Source: an uncultured virus (IMG/VR IMGVR_UViG_3300027751_000011) (Duplodnaviria; Heunggongvirae; Uroviricota; Caudoviricetes). From it: a stretch of 64,000 nucleotides of DNA. The DNA is taken from the IMG/VR virus record IMGVR_UViG_3300027751_000011; one strand, 5' to 3'. Below the pieces are notes generated by a model, which worked only from the letters and a program-made list of their open reading frames with translations, ran no database searches and had not been told where the DNA came from. The position numbers were made by a program, and so were the translations under genes. Shown here piece by piece: positions 35,233 through 44,920 of the stretch (position 1 is its first letter; the number at the start of each line of letters is the position of its first letter).

Positions 35233-37068
35233 CTATCCAAAAACCAAACCTGCAGCCCAATGTAAACCCCAAGCTACAAATCCTGATGACCCGGTATAAC
35301 CACGTGCACCACCTGGACCTGGTCCCCCTGCAGGACCTGGTCCTCCCGTATTACCTTTAGAGCCAGTGTAGCCGCGAGGACCTGCTCCTCCGCCAGGCCC
35401 CGGTCCTCCTGTATCGCCTTTAGAACCGGTATAACCGCGTGGTCCACCTGGACCGCCTGGTCCGCCTGGTCCTGGCCCTCCTGTATCACCTTTAGAGCCT
35501 GTGTAACCGCGTGGACCTCCTCCGCCGGTATCACCTTTTGAACCAGTATAACCACGTGGGCCGCCAGGACCGCCAGGACCGGCAGGACCTCCTCCGCCGG
35601 TATCACCTTTTGAACCCGTATAACCTCGTGGACCGCCCGGACCGCCTGGTCCGCCTGGACCTGCTCCTCCGGTATCGCCTTTTGATCCGGTATAGCCGAT
35701 GGGCCCTTGCCCCCCGGTATTACCTTTAGAGCCGGTGTAACCGATAGGACCCTGCCCACCGGTGTTACCTCTTGAACCAGTGTAACCGATAGGACCGATA
35801 GGTCCCTGAATACCTTGAGATCCAGTATATCCTGCAAATTGTCCAGCATCAGTCCAAGAAGATCCAGTCCACACGTAAAGATTACCATTTGCTGTCACAA
35901 TATACGCATCACCTGGAGTATTACCACTTGATGGTAATGCTGCAACGGTTGCAACAGTTCCTTGAATAGCGATGGATGTACCATCAGATCCTCTTGATCC
36001 AGTAAACCCTCTAGAACCTGTAAAACCAATAACGCCTTGATCGCCTTTTGATCCGGTATAGCCGATGGGCCCTTGAGGACCAGTTCCTCCGGTATCGCCT
36101 TTAGAGCCTGTAAAACCAATAATGCCTTGATTACCTTGAGATCCAGTGTAACCAATGATTCCTTGGGAGCCTGTAAAACCAATAACGCCTTGAGGACCGG
36201 TACTACCTTCAGAACCAGTATAGCCGATAATTCCTTGAGAGCCCGTAAAACCAATAACGCCTTGAGGACCGGTGCTACCTTCAGAACCGGTATATCCTAT
36301 AGGACCGATATCTCCGGTATCGCCTTTAGAACCGGTATAACCAATGATTCCTTGAGATCCAGTGTAACCTATAATACCCTGTGATCCGGTATAACCAATA
36401 ATTCCTTGAGATCCAGTAAAACCGATAGGACCGTTAGTTAAGAAACTAACTACTAGATTTGAATCATTACCTATTGACCCAAGTTGACCAGAAACATAAG
36501 TCACTGTAAAAAACTTACCGTTTCCAGCAGTTTGAACACTGCCAGTTATTTCATATATTAAATAATCGCCAGAATTTACATCGTCACTTTTCAGTAGTAG
36601 CTTACCTCTACTAGCACTAGTTCCGCTATCATCCCACGTATCAATATAAGATCCCCAAGAAGCTCCGTTATTAGCATTTTGATGTAAACCAATTTGTGTT
36701 GCACTCGCAAGTGTTACATTATTAAACAGAAGTTGTCCCGCAACTGTATAAGATCCACCGGTAGAAGTTGCTGTGGTACCTGTATCTACCTGATAAACGT
36801 TTCCAGAATTAGCACCAGAGCCAGTAAATCCTCTAGAACCCGTAAACCCTAATGAGCCATCATCCCCTTTAGAACCTACAAACCCTAATTCACCTCTTGA
36901 ACCAGTAAAACCTGATCCTTTAGAACCAGTAAAACCTTGCGATCCAGAATATCCAAAGTTTGCTTGAGTTACCCATGAGGTGCTTGCAGAATCATAAACC
37001 CAATCTACAGAGTTTTGAGAATATGTATCACCGTTTGCTGGATTAGGTGGAAAATTTAGAAATGCCAT
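35233..37068 (-). CDS. Collagen-like fibre protein with G[YF]TGS[QKER]G repeats
   Basis: Long G-X-Y runs; N-terminal FP..P module; C-terminal AAGLVFG. Confidence 0.88.
   Translation of the reverse strand: MAFLNFPPNPANGDTYSQNSVDWVYDSASTSWVTQANFGYSGSQGFTGSKGSGFTGSRGELGFVGSKGDDGSLGFTGSRGFTGSGANSGNVYQVDTGTTATSTGGSYTVAGQLLFNNVTLASATQIGLHQNANNGASWGSYIDTWDDSGTSASRGKLLLKSDDVNSGDYLIYEITGSVQTAGNGKFFTVTYVSGQLGSIGNDSNLVVSFLTNGPIGFTGSQGIIGYTGSQGIIGYTGSQGIIGYTGSKGDTGDIGPIGYTGSEGSTGPQGVIGFTGSQGIIGYTGSEGSTGPQGVIGFTGSQGIIGYTGSQGNQGIIGFTGSKGDTGGTGPQGPIGYTGSKGDQGVIGFTGSRGFTGSRGSDGTSIAIQGTVATVAALPSSGNTPGDAYIVTANGNLYVWTGSSWTDAGQFAGYTGSQGIQGPIGPIGYTGSRGNTGGQGPIGYTGSKGNTGGQGPIGYTGSKGDTGGAGPGGPGGPGGPRGYTGSKGDTGGGGPAGPGGPGGPRGYTGSKGDTGGGGPRGYTGSKGDTGGPGPGGPGGPGGPRGYTGSKGDTGGPGPGGGAGPRGYTGSKGNTGGPGPAGGPGPGGARGYTGSSGFVAWGLHWAAGLVFG
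35270..36435. repeat. Degenerate coding tandem repeats (27-bp based) of the collagen-like region
   Basis: Units such as CCTTTAGAGCC.GT.TAACC recur many times; they encode GYTGSKGDT / GFTGSQGII. Confidence 0.85.
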
Positions 37069-37071
37069 ATA

Positions 37072-40000
37072 TTAAGTCCCCGCGACTTTGCCTTTAAAGT
37101 TTCTTTCAGGATCGAATTCTACAAAAACGCCAGAAACGTCTTTATCCCAAGTTGCTTCTGAGTATCCTGTTACTAAGAAACTAGAACCGTTATTATCTAT
37201 ACTGTATGAAAAGTCAGAAGAACCAGAACCAACTTGGTACTTAGACCAACCTTGGTAATTACCTAATCCATCAGAATCAAAATCAAATATACCTAGACCC
37301 ATATCTTTTAATCCAAACGTATTCGCATCATCAGCAAATGCACCAGCAGTATTACAAACAACTCCGATTCTACCATCTAGTAGCTTAGAACTAGCTTTTC
37401 CGTTTTGTTCTATTTCTTCAGACGTTTCTGAACCTGTTTGAAAGCCGTTAGACCAAATATCACTATCATAGTTGAAAGTAATAATACCAATATCTTCAGA
37501 TCCAAATGTTTGTGCATTGTTTACTGAGCCAAAAGTAGTATATGAAATGGCTAATGAATTAGGTAGAATTTCATTTATATCATGTAGATTCATACCTTTG
37601 TCATTGAAACCAGAACCTATGTTATAGTATTCAGCATTCCAAGCCCTAGGATTAAATATTCCTAAAAATATATCATAGCCGCCAAATTGTGTTCCGCCTG
37701 CTAAATTACCTGTTGTTCTACCAGTAAAGGCAATGTGACCTTTTTTGGCTCCGCCTGATCCTGTTGAAGTCTGAATCCAGAATGGATGTGCTCTATTATA
37801 CACAGTGAAATTAATTGTGTCACCCGTATCTATAGTTATAGTTGGGTTATTTACTGCAGGATTAATGTTACCTACTCTATCTGTTCCAGAGAATCTAAAT
37901 GCAAGAGGTACATTATCGTACATAGCAGTAATGTCAATTGATGATGTAGATCCTTGTACGTCTTGGACTACAATTTGTCCATTCATAGAACTATGATTAC
38001 CACATTGATAGTAGTAAGTACCTGCTACGGTTGGTGTCCAACTTACTGTACCTGCAAACCCGCCGTTGTTTACTGCTTCTGGGTCTGTGACTGCTTTAGA
38101 TGTTCCTTCTAGCTCTGTAAGGGCATAGATTTCTTCATCACCGTCATCACCGTTTTGCCATAATCTAAACTCACTGCTTGCGATATCCCACTGAGCTAAG
38201 TAGTAGTCATAAACTCCTGATAAGCCTGTGTTTGTTTTAGCTATATTACCAGAAACCTGACCACCAATATAGTAGTATTCTCCGTCTGAAGATTTTATGA
38301 CATCGTAAGCAAATACGTTACCATCATCTGCAGTCGCATCGCCTACAGTAGAAATCTGGTGTATTTGAAACAGATTATCTGCTCTATGAATAATATTACC
38401 TGCGGCTTTTTCTTTTCTATATGTTTCAGTATTCAGGAATTCTTGTAAATCATCTTTATCTACAATAGCCATAAATCCAGTGAATAGACCGTTTGCGCCG
38501 TAAGACCCGTTATATTCTAAACCGTAGTATGATCCATCTATCAGTGACGTTCCTATATCACTAGAAGTGTATAATGCATCATTGTATGTTGGATTTGAAA
38601 CTTCTACCTTAGTAGTTTCTATAGCAGTTTCGTTAATAGTATTAATAGTAGCTGAATCATAATAATATGCATTGGAAGTAGAAGCTGTAGTGTGATAAAC
38701 ACCTGTTCCCCAACCTTCTTTATCACCTCTAAACAATACTCCGTCTTTACCCTGTGAGTGAGATGTTGAACCTCCTACTGTAACAAAATTACGAGTAAGA
38801 TGATCCCAGACAATATCTTTCCCTATATTATCTTCACCCATGTGGCCCAAAGTATTATTAAAATATATTGATCCATCATTAGTGTTAATGCCGCCAAGGA
38901 GAGTATCAGCCCTCATAAGAGTCCCGCCGTCACTGTCCATATTTAAACCAGTACCAGTAAAGATTACTCTATGATTTCCATTATGAAACTCTTCATCTTC
39001 AAAGAACCACCACGGCCTGCTGTCAGAATCTTCTACTAGCAAGCTATTAACTTCTTCAAAATAACCCAATGGAGAATTAATTTGTTTTGACCATTCAACG
39101 TCAACAACATAGCTTGCGCTATCAGCTATTTTTACTTTTTGCATTATTGCAAAAGAACTATGTCCTCTTTCTAGCATCATAGCACCCATAGTACCGCTAT
39201 AATCTTCTGCGCCTGAAGCTAGAGATGTGTCTTCTTTCTTACCACCTAAAATTAGCTCGTGTGTTGACAAATCAGAATCGTATTTTATTAAAGCTATATC
39301 AAGCCATGCTGCCTCATACTCATCCCAACTTTGAGCATCTGATAGTGTATTGTTCGAATAGTTAATATATTTTACAAGATTAGCATCACTTATAGAAGCC
39401 ATTCCCCATGCAGGACTTCTGTGAACACTTCCAGCACTGCCATTAGAAACTGAACCGCTAAAGAAGAATTTTCCGGTATCATCTCCACCAGCTACTACAT
39501 TATTAACATACATGCTAATATCAATACCGATTTCACTCAAATCTCTAGTAGATGTAGTATTACCATCAGTGTCAATTACAACTAACGCACCGCCCTTAAA
39601 ATCTCCAGTATCAGCAGCTGAGTTGTGTAGGAATGTCGCAATATATAATGTGCCTGAATTTTTAACTAACGTAGCAGAGGTTGGTTTAATATATAAGTTA
39701 GACTGAGATAATTTTTTTGACCAAATAATAGTATCGCTTGAATCAATTTTTACAATTATAGTTGAGCTATAAGGAAAGCTTTCATTATATGTGTATCCTA
39801 CGACGTATTTGTCACCTGTGGCTTCATCGTGCAATATATCCACGCTGACATCATTTCTAAAACCAATATCTATTTTTTTAGATGAGCTTAACGTAAAATT
39901 CTTATCGTAGTTTGCTAAAAACAGTTTACCGTCTAAAGTGTCAGTTCCAGCTACAGTATAATCACCATTATTATCTCTTATGATAGATTCAAAACTACAA

Positions 40001-42282
40001 CCTGAAGAATCAACAGTGTTGCTAAATCTTCTAGCCCAGCCATGCACCCACTGTTTAGATTTGTCGGCTAGCTCACCTTTTGCATAACCTGATAATACTA
40101 GCTTATTATTTTCAACATCTTCTATAATACCTGTAACAAAGTCGTCACCTTCTAGTCCATAACTATAACTTACAGAGTTGTTTTCATTATCTACGATAGT
40201 AAGAACCATATCTCCAGATAATTCATTTCCTAAATTACCAGGAGCATTTTCTACTCTGCCTACAAGAGCTTTTCTTCCATCTGATAAGTAAATACCTTGG
40301 AAGTAATATTCGGTCGATCCGGTATTAATTTCTTTTCTGTTATAGAATTGTGGAGAAGCTATATCCCATTGAAGAATGCTAGTACCATTTGGAATACCTT
40401 CTGGTTCTAACTGGTTTTTTCTAGTAACTATACCGGTTGCATTATTGTATGATAAATGACCAGATGTATTGCTATTACGATTAATAAACCCACCTGTTGT
40501 CGTTTCATAGTCTAGATGTTCATAACCGGCAAAACTACCACCGGCCAAATCCCAACTGTATAAGCCATCGCCGCTGTAGGTTCCAACTCCATCGTCTCCG
40601 CTTAATAGTGTAAAGTATTTAGTATTTTCTGCATTGTATTTAAAACCATGCACTCTTAGAGGGTTGCTTGGCGGATTCGTTACGATGTTACCTTCAAAAC
40701 TGATGTCTCCGCTGGAATCAATCTGAGTATCAAAGCTGTACATCTGAGCGCCGCCGGATTGACCACCTGCAGCTGTGATATAACCGTTTGAACCCACAGA
40801 TGTAATTAAAGCACTAGGATATACGTCTGTTCCTTCAAAAGGATAAGGCATATTAATACGTTCTAAAGTACCAGGAGAAATAGTATTAGCGTCTGTTACT
40901 CTCCATATCTGAAGATCGGACGCAGTAGAAAGTTCGGAGACAACAATCTCGCCGTACATACCATTATGCACCGTACAGAAATAGTAATAAGTTCCTGCAC
41001 TTTGCGGTGTAAATGTTACAGTATTAGTACCGTTACCTGAAGATCCTGGAGCATTAATTCCACTAGGGCTTCCGCCATTGTCTGTGAATACATTCATAGG
41101 ATGCACGTTTAAAACTAGGTTAGTGAAAACCATAGTGTCGCCAACCTTCATAAGAATATCAGGTTGAATTGCTACCCCATCAAGAGTTCCTGGTTCTTGT
41201 CTATCTGTACCTAATACTTTATACTTATTTGCCTGATTGTTTAGTTGAACTGTAAAACTTTTCGGTTGTGCCTGCATAACAACAGGCCAGTAGATATAAG
41301 ATCCAAACGTATGTCCGCTACTTATAGAAAAAGTGTAATCTCTTTGTACGCCTTCAGCTTCTTCGTTACCTCCAGGATAAGGATTAAAGGTAGGTTTTTG
41401 TATTTTAAAATCACCATAATTAACTTGAGCAGTGAAAGAACCTGAAGAAGATGTAAATGTTCTAGAATAAACAGTCCATTCACTATCAGCGTTATTTGCA
41501 TCTTCTAAATAAAATGCATGGAATCTATTTGAACTACCTTTTAAAATTCCAGCTGGAAGATAATTAATTCCGGCCTGATTAGGAAGCGTAACGTCATTGT
41601 GTGAGTTATGTGCACCACCAACTGATGGAGTATGGATTCTTGCTAGAGGTACCGAGTAGGCCAAGCCGCCAGACTTAACTAGGATATTAATCATATATCC
41701 GTACTGTTTATCAGAAGGCCTAATAAACCCATCTGATCCCCAGGTTAATCTACCATCATCAAATTTAGAATAGTTAGAAGGTAAGTGCTTGTGATATTGG
41801 TAGTATTCCCACTCGTCGCCTTGATTTCTTTGATACATTCTATCCCAATAGAATGCGTCATCTTCGAGATCCCCGCCACCTCCAACGCCGTTGTTACCAT
41901 ATTGACCAATGTGCGAAAACATAAATGCATCGTTTTCAGAAACACCTGTAATATCATTGGAACCAGTACCAATGTGCTGGCCAGCTCCACCATGATATTT
42001 TTTTGCGGTTCCGTCCCAAGTCTCGCTAATCCAAGCAAAAGTTCCATCGGTTTCAGCATAAGTAGGCTCACTACTATTTAAATAATAAGAAGCATCTATA
42101 TGTAAAGCCGAATCCCATTTATATAGTTCAATAGCATTACCAGTTTGCGTAGTATTATTAACTATATCGGCAGGATGATACACATACCAATAGCCATTAT
42201 CAGCGATATGGTGCTGAACAGGTAAACCCAGAAAATCTGAATCTACTAAGGAAACTTCTTGTGTTAGATTAGCAATAGCCAT
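37072..42282 (-). CDS. Large virion protein (1736 aa), probable beta-propellers with two inserted cupredoxin-like modules
   Basis: Blade-like repeats (G.YD..L, G....D.G..I); HPM...YYYFCTVHNGM and YYYQCGNHSSM...HPFW. Confidence 0.75.
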   Translation of the reverse strand: MAIANLTQEVSLVDSDFLGLPVQHHIADNGYWYVYHPADIVNNTTQTGNAIELYKWDSALHIDASYYLNSSEPTYAETDGTFAWISETWDGTAKKYHGGAGQHIGTGSNDITGVSENDAFMFSHIGQYGNNGVGGGGDLEDDAFYWDRMYQRNQGDEWEYYQYHKHLPSNYSKFDDGRLTWGSDGFIRPSDKQYGYMINILVKSGGLAYSVPLARIHTPSVGGAHNSHNDVTLPNQAGINYLPAGILKGSSNRFHAFYLEDANNADSEWTVYSRTFTSSSGSFTAQVNYGDFKIQKPTFNPYPGGNEEAEGVQRDYTFSISSGHTFGSYIYWPVVMQAQPKSFTVQLNNQANKYKVLGTDRQEPGTLDGVAIQPDILMKVGDTMVFTNLVLNVHPMNVFTDNGGSPSGINAPGSSGNGTNTVTFTPQSAGTYYYFCTVHNGMYGEIVVSELSTASDLQIWRVTDANTISPGTLERINMPYPFEGTDVYPSALITSVGSNGYITAAGGQSGGAQMYSFDTQIDSSGDISFEGNIVTNPPSNPLRVHGFKYNAENTKYFTLLSGDDGVGTYSGDGLYSWDLAGGSFAGYEHLDYETTTGGFINRNSNTSGHLSYNNATGIVTRKNQLEPEGIPNGTSILQWDIASPQFYNRKEINTGSTEYYFQGIYLSDGRKALVGRVENAPGNLGNELSGDMVLTIVDNENNSVSYSYGLEGDDFVTGIIEDVENNKLVLSGYAKGELADKSKQWVHGWARRFSNTVDSSGCSFESIIRDNNGDYTVAGTDTLDGKLFLANYDKNFTLSSSKKIDIGFRNDVSVDILHDEATGDKYVVGYTYNESFPYSSTIIVKIDSSDTIIWSKKLSQSNLYIKPTSATLVKNSGTLYIATFLHNSAADTGDFKGGALVVIDTDGNTTSTRDLSEIGIDISMYVNNVVAGGDDTGKFFFSGSVSNGSAGSVHRSPAWGMASISDANLVKYINYSNNTLSDAQSWDEYEAAWLDIALIKYDSDLSTHELILGGKKEDTSLASGAEDYSGTMGAMMLERGHSSFAIMQKVKIADSASYVVDVEWSKQINSPLGYFEEVNSLLVEDSDSRPWWFFEDEEFHNGNHRVIFTGTGLNMDSDGGTLMRADTLLGGINTNDGSIYFNNTLGHMGEDNIGKDIVWDHLTRNFVTVGGSTSHSQGKDGVLFRGDKEGWGTGVYHTTASTSNAYYYDSATINTINETAIETTKVEVSNPTYNDALYTSSDIGTSLIDGSYYGLEYNGSYGANGLFTGFMAIVDKDDLQEFLNTETYRKEKAAGNIIHRADNLFQIHQISTVGDATADDGNVFAYDVIKSSDGEYYYIGGQVSGNIAKTNTGLSGVYDYYLAQWDIASSEFRLWQNGDDGDEEIYALTELEGTSKAVTDPEAVNNGGFAGTVSWTPTVAGTYYYQCGNHSSMNGQIVVQDVQGSTSSIDITAMYDNVPLAFRFSGTDRVGNINPAVNNPTITIDTGDTINFTVYNRAHPFWIQTSTGSGGAKKGHIAFTGRTTGNLAGGTQFGGYDIFLGIFNPRAWNAEYYNIGSGFNDKGMNLHDINEILPNSLAISYTTFGSVNNAQTFGSEDIGIITFNYDSDIWSNGFQTGSETSEEIEQNGKASSKLLDGRIGVVCNTAGAFADDANTFGLKDMGLGIFDFDSDGLGNYQGWSKYQVGSGSSDFSYSIDNNGSSFLVTGYSEATWDKDVSGVFVEFDPERNFKGKVAGT

Positions 42283-42285
42283 AAA

Positions 42286-42654
42286 TTATGATCCTGAAAT
42301 TGGAATACCCGGGCGAAATACAATGTCTGTAGTGTTGATAGCAAACCCAATAAATAAAGCTCTAGTTGAAGCAGTAGGTGTGGGAGGCGATGATTGTATA
42401 TTACCGCTAGTTGAAAGATAGTAAGCCTGCCCTGGCGTTAGTCCAGTTAGTCCTGAAATTGTTCCAGCTGCGTAGTATTCATCACCTATTTTAAATAATA
42501 CATTAAAAAGCTGTGAAGATGTATCAGTGTTTGCTGCATTTACTACGGTATTAGATCCAGATATTCTAACCACCTTACCATTATCCCCGCCAGAAATACT
42601 GGGTACGGTAATAGCATCGGCCGAAAGTGTACTGGTTGATTTGACGAATGCCAT
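42286..42654 (-). CDS. Putative virion protein (GLTPG..YYLS..G motif)
   Basis: ORF track; motif common in phage structural proteins. Confidence 0.7.
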   Translation of the reverse strand: MAFVKSTSTLSADAITVPSISGGDNGKVVRISGSNTVVNAANTDTSSQLFNVLFKIGDEYYAAGTISGLTGLTPGQAYYLSTSGNIQSSPPTPTASTRALFIGFAINTTDIVFRPGIPISGS

Positions 42655-42655
42655 T

Positions 42656-43627
42656 TTATACTCCTTCTCTAACGAGTTCTAAATAAACGGTTGGGTTAAT
42701 AGCACCAGTGTTATCTGAATTAGAAACTAAAAGTTCTAAAAACGTATCTGCTGCTATGTATACTGTTTGATCAAGTTCTAACTGATCATTAGCTGACATG
42801 GTAGATGTACTAATTGAGGTTTGTACTGCGCCTGCTGTTGTTTGTCTTAAAGTTATAGTATAAGAATTTTTAGATCCTGCTGATGAAGTTTCAACTAGAG
42901 ATCTAATCTTATAATACCCAGAAGCTCTTGCTGTTAAACGCTCTGGCTCAGTATTATACCAATATAGATCGCCAAGTACATTAGCGTTGGCGTTAAAATC
43001 CACATTTGAAAAATCAATTGCCGTAGGAGTCGAAGTCGTACTTACTGCATTTGTTACAACACTTCTTACACCACTAAACGCATTATGGTTAGATATTCCT
43101 GTTCCCGGCGCGAACCCTATTCTATACATTGTAAAATTGGTATCAGTAGTTAAAGCTCCTAATCCAGTAGTCTCTTGACACTGTACAGTGATAAAATCGC
43201 CTTCTACTAGAGAAATAGTTTCATCAAAGTTAACATTTTGATTAGCGCCAAAGGATATTTCACCTAATAAAATAGTAGTATTTTTATAAATTCTAGCAGT
43301 ATAGGAAGATCCTGTACCTGAAGAATCACTAAATAAAGAAGCTAGTACTCTATAGAATCCAGTACTAGGAGCTATAGATTTTATATTGTCATCTGAATAA
43401 TAGTTATCAATATTAAATTCTACAGTGTTGAATGGCACATCTGCAAATGAACCTGTCAAATCGAATGCAGCAGTAGTAGAAGCTTTTACACCGCTAAAAA
43501 CTTTTCTTGTAGTACTAGTAATTACGTCCCATACTGTGGAGTCGCTATCATACTGCCAAACAGCTTGATTGGGATCTGAATATAAACCTAAATGAGCAGG
43601 AGAAGCTGGGAATTGAAGTGCAGTCAT
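42656..43627 (-). CDS. Putative virion protein with two C1q-like domains
   Basis: Internal duplication FSGV....F..V.FN....AP/AR.SG.Y.[VI]; N-terminal FP..P module. Confidence 0.7.
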   Translation of the reverse strand: MTALQFPASPAHLGLYSDPNQAVWQYDSDSTVWDVITSTTRKVFSGVKASTTAAFDLTGSFADVPFNTVEFNIDNYYSDDNIKSIAPSTGFYRVLASLFSDSSGTGSSYTARIYKNTTILLGEISFGANQNVNFDETISLVEGDFITVQCQETTGLGALTTDTNFTMYRIGFAPGTGISNHNAFSGVRSVVTNAVSTTSTPTAIDFSNVDFNANANVLGDLYWYNTEPERLTARASGYYKIRSLVETSSAGSKNSYTITLRQTTAGAVQTSISTSTMSANDQLELDQTVYIAADTFLELLVSNSDNTGAINPTVYLELVREGV

Positions 43628-43635
43628 ATTATTTC

Positions 43636-44847
43636 CTATCCATTAAAACTTACGTTAATGCTTACTTCGTCCACTAAGCCTAATGGGTTAGTAACTTCTG
43701 CCCAGATCCACCGACCAGCATCTATAGTAGCATTAGAAATACTGCCAACGTTTCCACTAGTTGTACTATTAATCGTGCCAGAAGTTATCAGAGTTCCTGA
43801 AGAGCTTCTATCAGAATCATACTTAAGAGACATGCTCACACTTGATCCAGGGTAGCTAACTATTGATCTTACTTCAGAAACTATCATCTGCCTATCAGTA
43901 TACATTAATGTTTGCTGATCGCCTGAATCTGGTGCTTGGAAAGAAATAACACGAGGACCGTATACACCCTGAGAACCAGTATAGCCAACTGAGCCAGAAT
44001 AGCCTCTATCTCCATCAGATACTGTAGGATCTGCTTGCAGCACCCATTGCGACTGACTTGTCGAGGGATTAGTATAGTAGATATATGATTTCCCAGTGTT
44101 TGAATTGTACCAAATTTGACCGGCTGTAGGATTAGCCGGAACATTTTCACCTTGAAATATAGCCCCAGCAGATCCTGTAAATCCTCGTTGAGATGCACTT
44201 GCGTCTACCCACTGAGCACTAACGTCAGCTGCATCAACTACTATAATTTGGCCTTGCATTGATGGATGGGCTGAGCAGATATAGTAATATGTTCCTACGG
44301 AATTGAACTGATAGCTGATTGTAGTACCGTTATAGCCACCATTATTAGTTACACCTGGAATATTATAGAGGGCATCATATGAGTTACTAAGACTTAACTG
44401 AGAAACTAAGAAGAACGGGTGAATTGCTGTAGCACTATTAACTACATTTAGTGTATCACCTTTATATATGTAAATAGTAGGATCAGGGTCGCTCGAGAAC
44501 GTAGAACTTCTATCGCTACCAGTAAACAAATAATCTCCTGATTGTGCATTTGTTTGTGTAGCTGCTAAATTAATTGCTGCGGCTGCTGGAGTTGGTTCTC
44601 CATAGTAAATTTTTAACTTACCGTTTACTGCATCCCACCATAAAGAACCATCTTGCAACGAGCTAGTAGGAGCTGCAGAATCTGTTTCCGCACCTCCACC
44701 TGAAATACTTGAAACAGTATTAGATGAGGTTTTATAGTACAATCTACCATCGGCGTAGTTTAAAGCAACTTCGCCGTAGTCCAGATCTCCAGTTCCAGGA
44801 ATCTTTCCAGAGACCGCGGATCTTTTTAGTTTTATATTTGCTGCCAT
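43636..44847 (-). CDS. Fibre-like virion protein with inserted cupredoxin-like module
   Basis: IKLKRS...K.P...L.YGE.ALNY.DG.LYYK N-terminal module; G.LWWD/G.IWYN modules; HPF...YYYICSAHPSM. Confidence 0.78.
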   Translation of the reverse strand: MAANIKLKRSAVSGKIPGTGDLDYGEVALNYADGRLYYKTSSNTVSSISGGGAETDSAAPTSSLQDGSLWWDAVNGKLKIYYGEPTPAAAAINLAATQTNAQSGDYLFTGSDRSSTFSSDPDPTIYIYKGDTLNVVNSATAIHPFFLVSQLSLSNSYDALYNIPGVTNNGGYNGTTISYQFNSVGTYYYICSAHPSMQGQIIVVDAADVSAQWVDASASQRGFTGSAGAIFQGENVPANPTAGQIWYNSNTGKSYIYYTNPSTSQSQWVLQADPTVSDGDRGYSGSVGYTGSQGVYGPRVISFQAPDSGDQQTLMYTDRQMIVSEVRSIVSYPGSSVSMSLKYDSDRSSSGTLITSGTINSTTSGNVGSISNATIDAGRWIWAEVTNPLGLVDEVSINVSFNG

Positions 44848-44908
44848 TTTGTAACCCTAGTAAGGAAAGTCTTTTTTATGAGTAATAACTCGACTCCACA
44901 ATTTACAT

Positions 44909-44916
44909 TATTTATA
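44909..44916 (-). promoter_or_regulatory. Late promoter TATAAATA
   Basis: Exact consensus upstream of 43636..44847. Confidence 0.8.
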
Positions 44917-44920
44917 CAAG

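Noticed and set aside
35274..36254. Alternative-frame minus ORFs (204 and 119 aa) in the collagen gene suggesting programmed frameshifting
   Set aside because: Open frames are expected from repetitive GC-rich codons; no slippery site was identified.
35270..36435. Regular short repeats resembling a CRISPR array
   Set aside because: Repeats are degenerate at third codon positions, in frame, lack unique spacers and encode collagen G-X-Y; no cas genes nearby.
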